A stretch of DNA of 64,000 nucleotides from Octopus sinensis. Taxonomy: Eukaryota. Location of the stretch: the NCBI RefSeq assembly GCF_006345805.1, contig NC_043019.1, forward strand, positions 9,051,360 through 9,115,359, given 5' to 3'. Under the pieces are notes generated by a model. That model was not told the DNA's origin. It did no database searches and saw only the letters and a list, made by a program, of their open reading frames with translations. Below are positions 1 through 12,272 of this stretch, piece by piece (the stretch's first letter is position 1; each line of letters opens with the position of its first letter). Made by a program: the position numbers and the translations under genes.

Positions 1-447
1 AAAGGTGGAGTGATCTTGGTGAGTTTTGTGATGTGAAGAAGGACCACAAAATGTTTTATAATGTTTTATAACCTCGCAAACGCCTACATGCTGTCAAGTA
101 TGCGCTTATACGCATACATGCATGCACCCATGTACACAATATATACATATATAGATGAATACACACACACATACACACATATATATATACATGTATGTGT
201 ATATGTATTATATGCATATATATATATATGCGTGAGTATATGCATGTATGTATATCTATTATATGCATATATATGTATATATATGTGTGTGTCTGTGTAT
301 TTATATATTTTATATATACGTATACATGTATATGTATATATATGTTATGTATACATATACATGTCTTATATATATACATGTACATATATATAGATACTAT
401 ATATATATATATATTATATATATAATATATATATATATAACTACAAC

Positions 448-510
<63 letters not shown>

Positions 511-544
511 TATATATGTATATATATGTAAAGTTATATATATA

Positions 545-790
545 TATACATTATATAATATCTAAAGTTAATCCAAACAGAAAACACAGAAAAAACAGAG
601 AAAAAACACAGCAACGCGAGGACGTGGAACAATTAAAGTATTATTTGACGCTCAGTAAAGAAGGGAAGGAGGGTTTAACGTTTCGAGCGGAGCTCTTCGT
701 CGGAAACAAGGAGAAGGAAAGATCTCGAGAAGAAGAACAGAGGAAAAAAATTTTTTTGCTGTGTGCTCAGAGATCAACATGTATATATAT
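545..790 (-). mobile_element. PLE pseudo-LTR/tail-type repeat carrying a minimal hammerhead
   Basis: Contains the HHR fold at 673-707. Flanking 'gtatta..t.acgctcag...tttaacgtttcgagc' is shared with the opposite-strand copy at 44096-44200. Embedded in (TA)n. Confidence 0.6.
673..707 (-). ncRNA. Minimal type I hammerhead ribozyme (U4C variant)
   Basis: Minus strand GTTT-CCGACGA-A-GAGC-TCC-GCTC-GAAA-C-G-T-T-AAAC: stem I GTTT/AAAC, stem II GAGC/GCTC, palindromic ACGT stem III, GUU cleavage triplet. Confidence 0.6.
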
Positions 791-795
791 ATATA

Positions 796-839
<44 letters not shown>

Positions 840-854
840 TATATATTCACATAT

Positions 855-906
<52 letters not shown>

Positions 907-907
907 C

Positions 908-1140
908 GAATGCTCGAAATCAGTAGATAGATAGCTGACAACTGATGAAGGGTCTTCTTTGTGTTACTTGTCCTGTTTCCCATTTGTTTCTCTCGTTGTT
1001 TGTGTATTCAACTCATTTGTTTCCGTACTTCATGTTGCTTACAGTTGGTGAGGTCCTTTAACTATATGTGCACATATGTGTGTGGGGGGTGTATTATTTA
1101 TATTATTATTTACTTCAACGCCATGCATCCATTTCGAAGT
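908..1140 (+). mobile_element. Interspersed PLE-tail-like repeat, copy 1 of 3
   Basis: 'gaatgctcgaaat..gtagatag...gacaactgatgaagggtc...cttgtcctgtttccatt...cagttggtgaggtcct' aligns with 41646-41888 (+) and 56995-57176 (-). Confidence 0.65.
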
Positions 1141-1200
1141 AAGTATATATATATGTATATATATATTCATAAATATATATACATACATATATACATACAT

Positions 1201-1298
<98 letters not shown>

Positions 1299-2028
1299 AT
1301 ATACATAGAATTGAGACGTAATGTCTGACATGAATAACAACGTCATACGGTACTCAAAAAGAAAAAACAGATTAGAGAAATATATCGAATAAAATAAATA
1401 ACAGCCACCAAAGTTCGTGACATTCGATTCAAACTCCAGCCTTGTAATTTCTTGAAGACCATTATATATTGGGGTAATCCCTCATTCTAGTTGTAAGAAA
1501 TAATTCTGAGATCTATGTGGTTCCATGTCAAACCAAAGTTCAGCCATCACATCACCTGACTGTCAGGAAGAGATAGCAGAGAGATTCCACCAATCATTTC
1601 CCCTACCTGTCATTAATAGGTACCAGATCTATGTGGCTCTATCTTAGGTCCAGGCTCTACTTATAAGTTCACGCAGCTGTCAATAATGGACGTGACATCG
1701 ATGTTGTTTAATCTGAAGAGCGTAAGATAGCAATCAGTTGATCAAGCTGTCGGAAATAAGCAGCAGATCGATGCTGTTCCAGTCCGAAAACACAGTCCAT
1801 TAATCACCAGATCTCGCAGTCAGTCATTAAAATTTATATTATCGAAGAAGAAGTTCTGTTTCACACCGAAGTCCGGCAACCTGTTCAATTTCATTGTCTT
1901 ATAACAAGTACAGAGATCAACCAACACCAAACTGGAGAAGCTACCTAATGGACAATAAAAATCTTCTAAATGACCCATTTAACGAAACCATGAAAACAAC
2001 ACCACAGCTATTCACCAAATCGCTTTCC

Positions 2029-2128
2029 NNNNNNNNNNNNNNNNNNNNNNNNNNNNNNNNNNNNNNNNNNNNNNNNNNNNNNNNNNNNNNNNNNNNNNNN
2101 NNNNNNNNNNNNNNNNNNNNNNNNNNNN
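2029..2128. other. Assembly gap (100 N)
   Basis: Run of 100 N. Confidence 1.
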
Positions 2129-2164
2129 GAGTGAGGAATGAAAGGATTCAGTAAAAAGAGATAA

Positions 2165-2351
2165 AGCGGTATTTCGTCTGCCGCTACGTTCTGAGTTCAA
2201 ATTCCGCCGAGGTCGACTTTGCCTTTCATCCTTTCAGGGTCGATTAAATAAGTACCAGTTACGCACTGGAATCGATATAAATAACTTTATCCGTTTGTCT
2301 GTCCTTGTTTGTCCACGCTATGTTTAACCCCTTGTGGGGAGTAAAGAAATA
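2165..2351 (+). mobile_element. tRNA-derived SINE family A, 5'-truncated
   Basis: 'gcggtatttcgtctgccgctacgttctgagttcaaattccgccgaggtcgactttgcctttcatccttt' including a B-box-like GAGTTCAAATTCC; matches many copies in the window. Confidence 0.85.
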
Positions 2352-2978
2352 TACATATATATATATTATATATATATATATATATATATGCCCATGCACA
2401 CATACAAACGCAATCTTATATTTAACAGACGATTCTGATGTATCCAAGCAAGTTTTTCGACGAACGCAGTCTTTGTTTTGGTCAATCCGTTTCTAGGCAA
2501 TAACAAAAACAAAACTTTTAGTATTAACAATTATTAGAAAAATAATTTGAGTTGAATGGCGAATAATTATGATGGATGATTAGAGTATTGTTATATTTGT
2601 ATAATTGGAAATCTCGAAACACGAAAGTTTCGTATTTCTTTTTAATTATCATTATTTATTTCTTTTCTTTTCTAATTGTTTTAAATGGTCGATGATTTAA
2701 GAATTATACTTTTTAAATCTTAAACGTCTTGCAATTTCTGTGCACACATGAAAATATACCTTCATTCATTCGATTAAACAAGTTATGGTTTGCAAATATT
2801 TTAAATACTTCGATCTCACAACAGCTAAAATTCGTTTTATCGTCTCTCTGTACACACAGAAACAGCAGCCATCACGCTCAATTGTGGTTTGATATTTGTA
2901 GCATTCCACTTTCAAATGAACGATTGCATATACACTGGCCTGCCTCTAAGGATGTTTGTCTGTGCGTTTGCACACACA

Positions 2979-3067
<89 letters not shown>

Positions 3068-3242
3068 AAAATATTAGGGAATAAATCCAAATTTACAGGG
3101 AAAAAACCAGATTTAGGATTAAATCCAATTTTATAGTAAAATATTATATAATATTAATTCGAGACAAAACCACTATTTTGCAAAACAAACAAGGAAAGAC
3201 TTAATCAATACATAAAAATTTTTATATAAAGAAAAAAAACCG

Positions 3243-3285
3243 CCACTACAATCGTTTCGTGTCTTCGATGACATTCGTCAGGTGG
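3243..3285 (-). ncRNA. Type I hammerhead ribozyme (left arm)
   Basis: CCAC-CTGACGA-A-TGTC-ATCGAA-GACA-C-GAAA-C-GATT-G-T-A-GTGG: complete core, stem I CCAC/GTGG, GUA site. Confidence 0.8.
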
Positions 3286-3331
3286 ATTTTCGATCTCCTA
3301 ATGAATTAAAACAGATTAGGAGATCGAAAAT

Positions 3332-3374
3332 CCACCTGACGAATGTCATTGAAGACATGAAACGATTGTAGTGG
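3332..3374 (+). ncRNA. Type I hammerhead ribozyme (right arm)
   Basis: CCAC-CTGACGA-ATGTC-ATTGAA-GACAT-GAAA-C-GATT-G-T-A-GTGG: complete core, 5-bp stem II, predicted cleavage after A3370. Confidence 0.8.
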
Positions 3375-3487
3375 CGGTTTATTTCTTTATATTAAAAATG
3401 TTTATGTATTGATTAAGTCTTTCCTTGTTTGTTTTGCAAAATAGTGGTTTGTCTCGAATTAATATTATATATATATATATATATATA

Positions 3488-3526
<39 letters not shown>

Positions 3527-3584
3527 ATGTGTGTGTGTGCGTATATATATATATTTATGTGTGTATATATGTATATATATATAT

Positions 3585-3812
3585 ATTTCTTTACTGCCCA
3601 CAAAGGGCTAAACATTGAGGGGACAAACAAGGACAGACAAAGGGATTAAGTCGATTACATCGACCCCAGTGCGTAACTGGTACTTTATTTATCGACCCCG
3701 AAAGGATGAAAGGCAAAGTCGACCTCGGCGAAATTTGAACTCAGAACGTAACGGCGGACGAAATACGGCTACGCATTTCGCCCGGCGTGCTAACGTTTCT
3801 GCTAGCTCACCG
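3585..3812 (-). mobile_element. tRNA-derived SINE family A, near full length
   Basis: Head 'cggtgagctagcagaaacgttagcacgccgggcgaaatg', B-box 'gagttcaaatt', and the family body and tail. Confidence 0.85.
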
Positions 3813-3821
3813 AGGAGCTTA

Positions 3822-4708
3822 CGAGGAGGTTCCCAAAAATTTATTAGACACGTTCTGTGAGACAAACCCGTTGTAGTTCAGGCTTCCACCGCTAGACAGC
3901 ACTTGATGTAACCCTCAGGCATCAGTCTCCCCACCGGCTACAGTGAGTGTAGTGGTAGTGTCTGATGGTACGTCTTTATTTCTCAGTGCTTCTCCCTTGT
4001 TTGTCGATTTTTACAGTAACGAAGGAACAGCGTGCTTCCGTGAAATTCTGTTTTCTGCTGGCGAAAACAGCAGCCAAAATAGTTGTCATGCTTCCAACAC
4101 CTTACAAGGACGCTGCCATGAGCAGAACACCAGTTTTCGACTGGTTCTTTATGCTTTGGGAATGGTTTCTTGTCACTTGAAGACCAATTTCGTTCAGTGC
4201 GACCGTCGACTTCCCGAACGAATGAAAATATCATGAAAGTTCTTGAACTGATCTTGGAGGACCGTCACCGAGCAATTAACGAACTTGTTGATATAATAGT
4301 GTCTCTTTGAGCTCTTGCCAAAGAATTTGGAGCGAGGAATTGCAAATGAAAAGAGTCGCAGCAAAATATGTGCCTTGCTTCTTCGCGGAAGATAAAAAGT
4401 AGGCATGGACTGAATAACCAGTTGGAAATTGATCGGGACATTTTTTCGAAGGTCATCACCAGTGACGAAATCTGGTGCTACGGAATTTGCAGATGTCGAA
4501 GAGCTGAAGAAAGAAAAAAAAAACGATGGTGATGTTAAAAGACATCCCTTTGCAAGAGTTCCAGGACAGTTTCGAACAATGGAAAACGCATTTGGACTGA
4601 TGCATTTGGACTTCAAATGGAGAATAGTTTGAAGGAGATAAAAATGTAAACATTTAAAATGAATAAAATGATATTGCAAGATTCTGGTTTCCGACGGTTA
4701 ACCACTCG
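3822..4708 (+). mobile_element. Mariner (DD34D-type) transposon relic, internally deleted
   Basis: Frameshifted transposase motifs KEQRASVKFCFLL..TAA..VVML...YKDAAMS.T.VFDWF, EDQFRSVRPSTSRTNENI and KVITSDEIWCYG. Left end TA|CGAGGAGGTT. TIR pairing is poor, so the ends are approximate. Confidence 0.8.
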
Positions 4709-4823
4709 AATGTCTGTCTGTATGTATGTATGTATGAATGTATGAATTTATGTATATATATATGTATGAATATATGTATGCAGATATACATACATACATT
4801 ACATGCATGTTTGTATGTGTGTG

Positions 4824-4845
<22 letters not shown>

Positions 4846-4869
<24 letters not shown>

Positions 4870-4892
4870 TAGATAGATAGATAGATAGATAG

Positions 4893-4963
<71 letters not shown>

Positions 4964-4985
4964 GAGAGAGATAGGGAGAGAGATA
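4846..4985. repeat. (GA)n/(GATA)n microsatellite
   Basis: Direct reading. Confidence 0.95.
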
Positions 4986-4994
4986 TATATATTT

Positions 4995-5090
4995 AGTTGG
5001 TGCTTTCGGCAAGATTCTTCTACTATAGCCACGGGCACACCAAAGCCTTGCGTGTGGATTTTGTAGGCGGAAACTGAATGAAGCCCATTG
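4995..5090 (+). mobile_element. SINE family B central fragment
   Basis: 'ggcaagattcttctactatagcc..ccaaagccttg..tggattttgtaggcggaaactgaatgaagccc' matches the core of the 51463-51858 copy. Confidence 0.7.
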
Positions 5091-5594
5091 AATATATATA
5101 TATATATACACTAGCTGCCCCCATGCCGTCAAAAATGACGACTAATTGTAGTATTTTATGTATAAATAAGATACAAAACCAAGTGTTTAGTTTAATAATC
5201 CTTTTATTCCCAAATTCTTGTGAAAAATTTATCCGCATCTAAAATACTTTCATTGCTTCTTTCCTACAAAATAATTTTTAAGTTTTCCTTCCTTCTTATA
5301 CGTATTAAGGCCGCATAACGCTGGCCGTGACTAAATATGGGAGCTGACAAATACACAGTGTTGAAACGCAGTTTGATTTCTTTTCTTCACCGTACAATTC
5401 CCATCATCCCACTACCAAGTTTGCCATCACCCTTTCCTTCTTTCCTTCCTTCCTTATTCATCTATCACCCCTTCCTTTCTCATTCACATGTTGTGACGGA
5501 GAAAAACACAAGTGTATTATATATATATATATACACACACACATATATATCTATATTTATATCTACACACGCGCGCGCGCACACACACACACAA

Positions 5595-5659
<65 letters not shown>

Positions 5660-6279
5660 ATATATTTCATACATTTGGAGGAAAGATGTACACGTATGTT
5701 GTTATGTTTTTATGTTTGTGCATGGCATGTAATGATGACTATTAAAATGTGTACAAATGTGAGTTCCTTATATTTTCCTTGCCGTATCTCTTGCATAGAT
5801 GTCCATTTATCCGATAAGACACCTACTCAAGATAGCGGGCATCCATATCTTAGAAGCGACGATTAAATGTTATGTCTTTTGAATAAAACATTTACTCCTT
5901 ATCAGCACCACCGCGCAACTCGTTGGGTTCGGGTCCGTCATTTTCATATAATCAGCACATCACAACTAGGGCCACCCTCTTGTTATTATTGATGATGATG
6001 CTGGGGGGGGGGGGGCTGTGGTGCGGTTCTTGTTTTAGTTGTTGTTATTGTTGGAAGTGTGGATTTTTTTTTGTGAATCGTTAGAACTTCGGATGCAATG
6101 TTGATTCCAGTGCTGGTTCTGGTTACTAAGTTCTGTGTTCAAATCCTTCCAATGTCGAAATGTCCTTTCTTCCTTCAAGAATTCTTAAGATAAGGGACCA
6201 GTAAAAACTGAGATCGATAAAAGCGAGTGTTCACTGCCTAATAAATTTCTGGACTTCAGCTAATGTAGGAAATGTTTGT

Positions 6280-6305
6280 GGTTGTTGCTGTTGCTGTTGT
6301 TGTTT

Positions 6306-6337
<32 letters not shown>

Positions 6338-6391
6338 CTTCTTCTTCTTCTTCTTCTTCTTCTTCTTCTTCTTCTTCTTCTTCTTCTTCTT

Positions 6392-6436
<45 letters not shown>

Positions 6437-6490
6437 ATTATTATTATTTATTATTATTATCATTATCATGATCATCATTATTATTATATT
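6280..6490. repeat. Compound trinucleotide microsatellite (GTT)n(CTT)n(ATT)n
   Basis: Direct reading. Confidence 0.95.
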
Positions 6491-6954
6491 CTTTCTTCTT
6501 TCCTCTCTTCTGTTTTTCTTTTGTAACTTCGTATGAGTTTTATTTAGCACCGATCAACGAAACTCTCAGGAGGAATAGCTTCCGACTGTGGTCATCCCTT
6601 CTGTCTGCGAGACACCATGCTTCCAAAACCACATAATCCAATGTGTTTCATCTTCTAAAGCAGCAAAATGTATTGATTTGAGAGAGAGAGACAGACAGAC
6701 AGACAGAGACAGAGAGAACATCGCTGTTATTTCTAGCAGTTCTGGTCGACAGACTTGTTCCGTCAGTAAGGACACTTTTGATGCCATTTAGCTCAACGCC
6801 GTCTCTTACCTTGTTGAACTCTGATGGTGAGGCATCCCAATCCTAGTTAAGCACCGAGTTCTGTCTCCCGGACTCCTTGCATCTAGAACCCTTATTTCGA
6901 ATGCATCCATACCTTTTCATGGCGTATTCGTATGCTCCTTCTTGGTTTAGAATG

Positions 6955-7026
<72 letters not shown>

Positions 7027-7544
7027 CTTGTAAGGTGCAGGAACATAATTAACATATTAATTAACTATTTATTAATTCTACACAAAATTCATCTCGTACC
7101 GATCGACGGTGATTATCTGATTGCTTTCCACCCAGATTCGCAAGTTCTTGCTGTAGGCCACGTCTGTAACTATTAACGTGTTTTGCGAGTGAATAATTAC
7201 CGCTAGAATTGCCTGGTGTGAAAATACTGTACAATGGAAATTTCAGGGAATCGCTTCGTACCAAAACCGAAAGTGTGGAACATTTGTGAGTGTATGTGTG
7301 TGTGTGTGTTGCGTGTGTGTGTGTGTGTGTGTGTATGTTTCATATGCATCTCTTATCTCAAACACTTGGTAGGTGTGATTTCAGTAAATAAATGCTCGTT
7401 CGCTAATTTTACGATTTGAGTAAACAAATAAATTTGACACTTTTCTAACAGAACGTAATTGACACATATCATGCACACACCACACATACTGCCACAGTCG
7501 TAGACACACACACATACACACATATACATGAATATATATATATA

Positions 7545-7578
<34 letters not shown>

Positions 7579-7669
7579 CAAGTGTGTCACTAAATGGGAG
7601 TAGAGTGGTCGAAACACCTACGTTGCTAGAAATACGAACTAAACTGCTTTAATGCTGTAGTCACCACAC

Positions 7670-7894
7670 ATGAATGATGGCATATACACAAACAGGGACT
7701 TAAATTGTCCGAAGCGTGCCGTTTCGGTGGTGGGGGACTTTAATGGAAAAACCCAATCAGTTGCAAGCATTTTGAACAAGTGCCTTCCAATTCAGAACTC
7801 CCTCTCTTCCTTCTTCACCACTAGAAAGGTCATGAGAATTGACCTTTCTTCTTTGACTAAGCAATTTAAAGAGAAACATCGACTAACTTGTTGA
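7670..7894 (+). mobile_element. Possible decayed LINE APE-endonuclease fragment
   Basis: Only the VVGDFNGK motif (APE GDFN) supports it. Confidence 0.25.
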
Positions 7895-9030
7895 CATCCA
7901 CAACACCTAACACCAGGTCTGACGTGTCTGTCAGACAAATAAAATGTGAACAGACAGGCTCAGTGCAGTCACGTGATAATGTGCAGCATTCAGGGTGGAT
8001 ACTGACTGTGGTTGTGACTTGCAGATGAGTTATCTATTGAGTGTCACGGAAACCGCTTGATAGGGAAAGCAAATCTTCCTAAAACTGTACAGTACCATTA
8101 AAATAAAGAATACACCCGATAAACTTAATCGTACTTAATGTACTGGAATCGTAAACTAAACGGAATTACAATAACGGGAATGACTTTTATCATTCAGTTT
8201 TTATTTTATTTATTATTTTATCATTTGAATACCTGGGGAAATTAATTATCAAATCTATCATTCCAAAAATAATTAATACAGGTATGCGCATCATTATAGT
8301 TTAGCTCGGTTACTGTCGACTGGAGATTTACAAAAGCAACGAGATGAGCAAAACCACAAATCTATCACAACCTCAATAACAACAGTAACAACAATAGCAA
8401 AACCAACAGCAATAAAACAATTACAACAGTTTAGTGGACCCGGGGGTACTTTGAAATTTGAGAAAGTAGATCAAATAATGTAGTGTTATGTTGTAGACCT
8501 GGAATATATGTCTATACAAAAGCAATGAAAATAACATTGAGAATTAATTCGATGTGTGACGACATAAGGTTGTTTTTAACTGAAGATATTTAGAGACACC
8601 AGTTTCAATCTTTCGCAATCAAATCTTGTCGAAATTGGAACTTCACTTATGATTCTAATGAAGTCGATTAAAAAAGTACCATTAAACCGAAACTCCTGAA
8701 ATATCCCCTCGTTTTCATAATGTCTCCCCCCCCTCTGTTACATTAAACATCAATGTCAGTTACACTTATATCGAGAGTTCTTCCACCGTTTAACAGACAC
8801 TTACACAACTTTAGCGACTTGAAAAAAAAACCTTTACTCGTCTGCATTATGAAGTAATGTGGTTTGTTATGAATAAAAACTATCAATAGTAAATGGTATA
8901 AAATCACTTTATATTCCTACCGAATGCCGAGGTTTTCCTTAGAATTTCACCCGATGACTTTAAAACAAGAGATTTTGTCACACCAGCCGCGTTCCATTGT
9001 GTATATCTACAATATATTCTTTTCTATTCT

Positions 9031-9217
9031 GGGCACAAGGCTCGGAATTTTGGGGGAATGGCCATTCGATTATATCGACCCAAGTAAGCAACTGCTACTT
9101 AATTTATCAACCCTGAAAGGATGAAATGCGAAGCCAACCTCGGCGAATTTGAACTCAGAATGTAAGCACAGACGAAATAACGCTCAGCATTTCGCGTGCT
9201 GATGTTTCTGCCAGTTC
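9031..9217 (-). mobile_element. SINE family A, diverged copy
   Basis: 'aaaggatgaaatgcgaagccaacctcggcgaatttgaactcagaatgtaag' is the family A reverse complement. Confidence 0.75.
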
Positions 9218-9479
9218 TGTCTTATGTCTTGAATATATCAGGACGAAAGATTTGAATATGGTGTAGAATATCTTAAAGTAGGAAATGAACGCGTCGGGAA
9301 TTTATGGATATTGGTAAAACGAAATATGTAATGTCACTGTTTCACCTGTGATGGTGAGTTCATAGAATATAATGAGAAAGAGTTGGAGATCTAAAATAAC
9401 TGCCCGGATATAAGGAAATAAAATAAATACTGAAAATGGTGCAAGAAAAATAGTTAAGAAAAAAAGAATCAATTCAATT

Positions 9480-9990
9480 GAAATAGAACGAAAAATGCTC
9501 AAACAAATTTGATGAATTCAAATATTTGGTGGGGAAAAAACAAAAGAAATTAGATCAAAGAGAGACACAAAATGCCCCATCAGAGCAGTTGTAATGGCGT
9601 TGATAAAGTCAGATCTTTGGAAAATTCAAATGGTTAAATAAATTTGTTAGGAGCAAGTGAAATATTAATTTGCACTCTGTGTGTACGAAAGAAGGGAGTC
9701 GGATTATTAAAGTGAGAAAAATATCTTGGCTTTTCAAATGGAATGTTATTGAAAGGAGCTTCACATTCCAGATAAAGAACACGGAACTAATGAATGTTCT
9801 GCGAAACAAATTGTTTGAAGACGGCGAACCGTGAAACACTTCTGTCAATTGTTAAAAGGCGGAAAATGAAGTGAGTTATGTAAGACAACACCATAGCACC
9901 CTAACTCTAGCGAATATGGTCATTCTTGTGAAATACCTTAGTAAAAGGAATAAAGGAAAAGTACAAAGGGTGAGATTGAATAGTGGAACA
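9480..9990 (+). mobile_element. Decayed RTE-clade LINE 3' fragment
   Basis: Broken motifs FDEFKYL and L-S-I-V-K-R-R-K-M-K ('cttctgtcaattgttaaaaggcggaaaatgaag'), typical of the RTE C-terminus. Confidence 0.45.
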
Positions 9991-10549
9991 GCAGAGAACG
10001 GCTGATGAAGGGAAAAGCTGAAAGGGAGAGATTGTGTCTCTTGTCTTGGAACTATGGTATCCGTATAGGTTCTGATTGATTTTGGATTGAATTATTCCAC
10101 AACACAGAAGTTAAGTGATTGAGGGCTTTATGGTGTTCGTAGACGGTCGTAGATCGAATTTCTGATCACAGACGAATACAGAAACGATATGTGCACTCAT
10201 GTGCATCAGTGAGTGTGCTTTGTATGAGGGTGTTCGCAATGGTTCATGTATTGTCGACTGTATATTTGTATGTGGAGTGTATACGACACAGTATATGAGT
10301 ATACTTGTGCGCATGCGTGATATTTGTGTATTGGTGTGGGTAGGTTGTAGGATGTGTTTCGATTTCAAGGAGTGAGTGATGTGCGAGTGTTGTTATATAA
10401 TCATGGTATTGGTTGGAGTATTTTGCTGCTTTTAGAAATAACGACATCCACAACATATTGTCCCCTATTTATTATTTATTATTATCTCTCGGACGTTTGC
10501 GAAAAATAACAGACTGAATTGACCTACTCTCCATAACGAAGTCAGAAAT

Positions 10550-11420
10550 CAGAAGAATTTAATGAGTTGAATGATAATAATAATAGTAATATTAAAAACA
10601 ACATAGTTTTGGTCTCTGAGGACAACCCCAACAGAATTAAATTTATGTCTAATAATTCTAAGATTAAGGATTCTATATACCAATGTAAAATTTTTTGTGG
10701 TGCCGATGTCTATTTCTGCATTGGCGCGTCCTCTTCCCATTTATCTAAGAGAATTTCCAATCATTATTCTTCATTTAGGGATAGCAGTAAACGTTATGGC
10801 ACAGAGCTAAGTAAATTGATTTGGTATCTTAAAGACAACAATAAGGATTTTAAGTTAGATTGGTTCATCCTGTCCATCTCTTTCCCTTATGACAAGAGCA
10901 AAGGATTTTGTAACATTTGCAACATTGCAACATTTCCAAGCCTTTGAACATTTTTTTCAACCAATATATCGCTCTATATTTGTTCTCTACTTATTATTTC
11001 TTTACCCCTTCTCTTCCAAGGGTTTGCCTTTGACGTCAGATCTACTAATGTTTTTTTTTTATACTTAATAGCATTCTGTTTATAATTTAGGCAGTCATTG
11101 CTATTGTTATAATGTCTTGTTGTTGAGATAGGTTCTCTTTCTTTCCTGATGAAAGGATTACATTATTTTACTCCATTTATTCCTTTGGAATAAATGTTGT
11201 CTTCGAAAAATATGTCGAAAGTAAAAGAACTTGAATAGCATCTGCGTTCAACTCCATTTATTTACTTACACTACACAAATTACTGCACATTAACCCGGAG
11301 TTTCTACGTTTGAATAGGTCGCTACACCCTTGTTACTTGCGTGAATTTTGCTACCCTACTAACTGTTTATTGAATTTTCCGTGTTAACTGGAAACAAAGG
11401 ATAATTCATTCATCCATTTA
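10550..11420 (+). mobile_element. Penelope-like (Naiad-type) 3' fragment: GIY-YIG endonuclease relic, 3'UTR and HHR
   Basis: ORF 10567-10947: IYQCKI..CIGASS..KRISNHYSSFRD..YGTELSKLIWYLKDNNKDFKLDWFIL...PYDKSKGFCNIC (GIY-YIG with C-terminal CxxC). Same-strand HHR at 11141-11221. Confidence 0.85.
11141..11221 (+). ncRNA. Type I hammerhead with extended stem II
   Basis: CTTTC-CTGATGA...(hairpin CATTTATTCC-TTT-GGAATAAATG)...GAAA-A-ATAT-G-T-C-GAAAG: stem I CTTTC/GAAAG, GUC site. Position 15.2 is A rather than C. Confidence 0.65.
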
Positions 11421-12121
11421 TATATATATATATATCAACACTACTTTAATACATACACACGCTACAGAAAGCGGGTGAATGTAACTGGGAAGTCTCCTCT
11501 TAAAAACCGACTTCACCGCAATTCTTTTACGTGGATATATAGGTGTGAGAATTTGTATATGCTATTTTGGATTCGTTTGGTGTTCGCCTGGTATTTACAT
11601 GTGTTCATTTTTACGTGTACTGATTATGCCTGCACTGATAAGTAGAGAGTGTATTATGTACACCGACAATGAAAGCATATGTGATTTGCCCCTTAATCTG
11701 TTTTTAAGAGGCAATTTCCAAGTTACATCGCCCCGCTTTCGGTAACGTGTATATTTATTAACGTAGTTTTGGCTTTGAGAGTCTCTTAGGGTGTGAGGCA
11801 TTCACGTGTAGTAATAGCCCTTAATATAATGAATGTATTTATATTTAAAGCGAAAGATTATATATTTTGTATAAATTCTTCCCTTAGCTGGTTTTTCTAG
11901 CTGGCTACTTGACAAATTCTTATATAGATTTTATCCTTACATTTAATTTATATATGTGTGTGTTTACGTATGTATGTATATGTATATATACACAAATACA
12001 AGCATATGCACACACACACATATATATATATACGTACGTGAATAAAAGTTCGTCCATAATATATAAGGGAATATTCATATATATATATATATATATATGC
12101 ATAGCGCGAGAGTGAAAGAGG

Positions 12122-12272
<151 letters not shown>

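Larger units (their letters stand above)
3146..3470. repeat. ~157-bp near-perfect inverted repeat (arms ~3146-3302 and 3315-~3470, 12-nt spacer); inverted PLE pseudo-LTR pair
   Basis: The arms are reverse complements with about 6 differences, two of them CG>TG. Each arm carries an HHR. Flanked by (TA)n. Confidence 0.9.

Noticed and set aside
6810-6842. Minus-strand mini-exons ending AAG|GTAAGA (here and 53579-53613)
   Set aside because: Only the donor is strong; the peptides (DWDASPSEFNK, EVGRLCLVVDDK) are not recognisable.
7247-7285. 39-nt and 36-nt (25812-25847) plus-strand micro-exons ending TTT|GTGAGT
   Set aside because: Acceptors are weak, the first donor merges into (TG)n, and no stop-free chain with the other candidates could be built.
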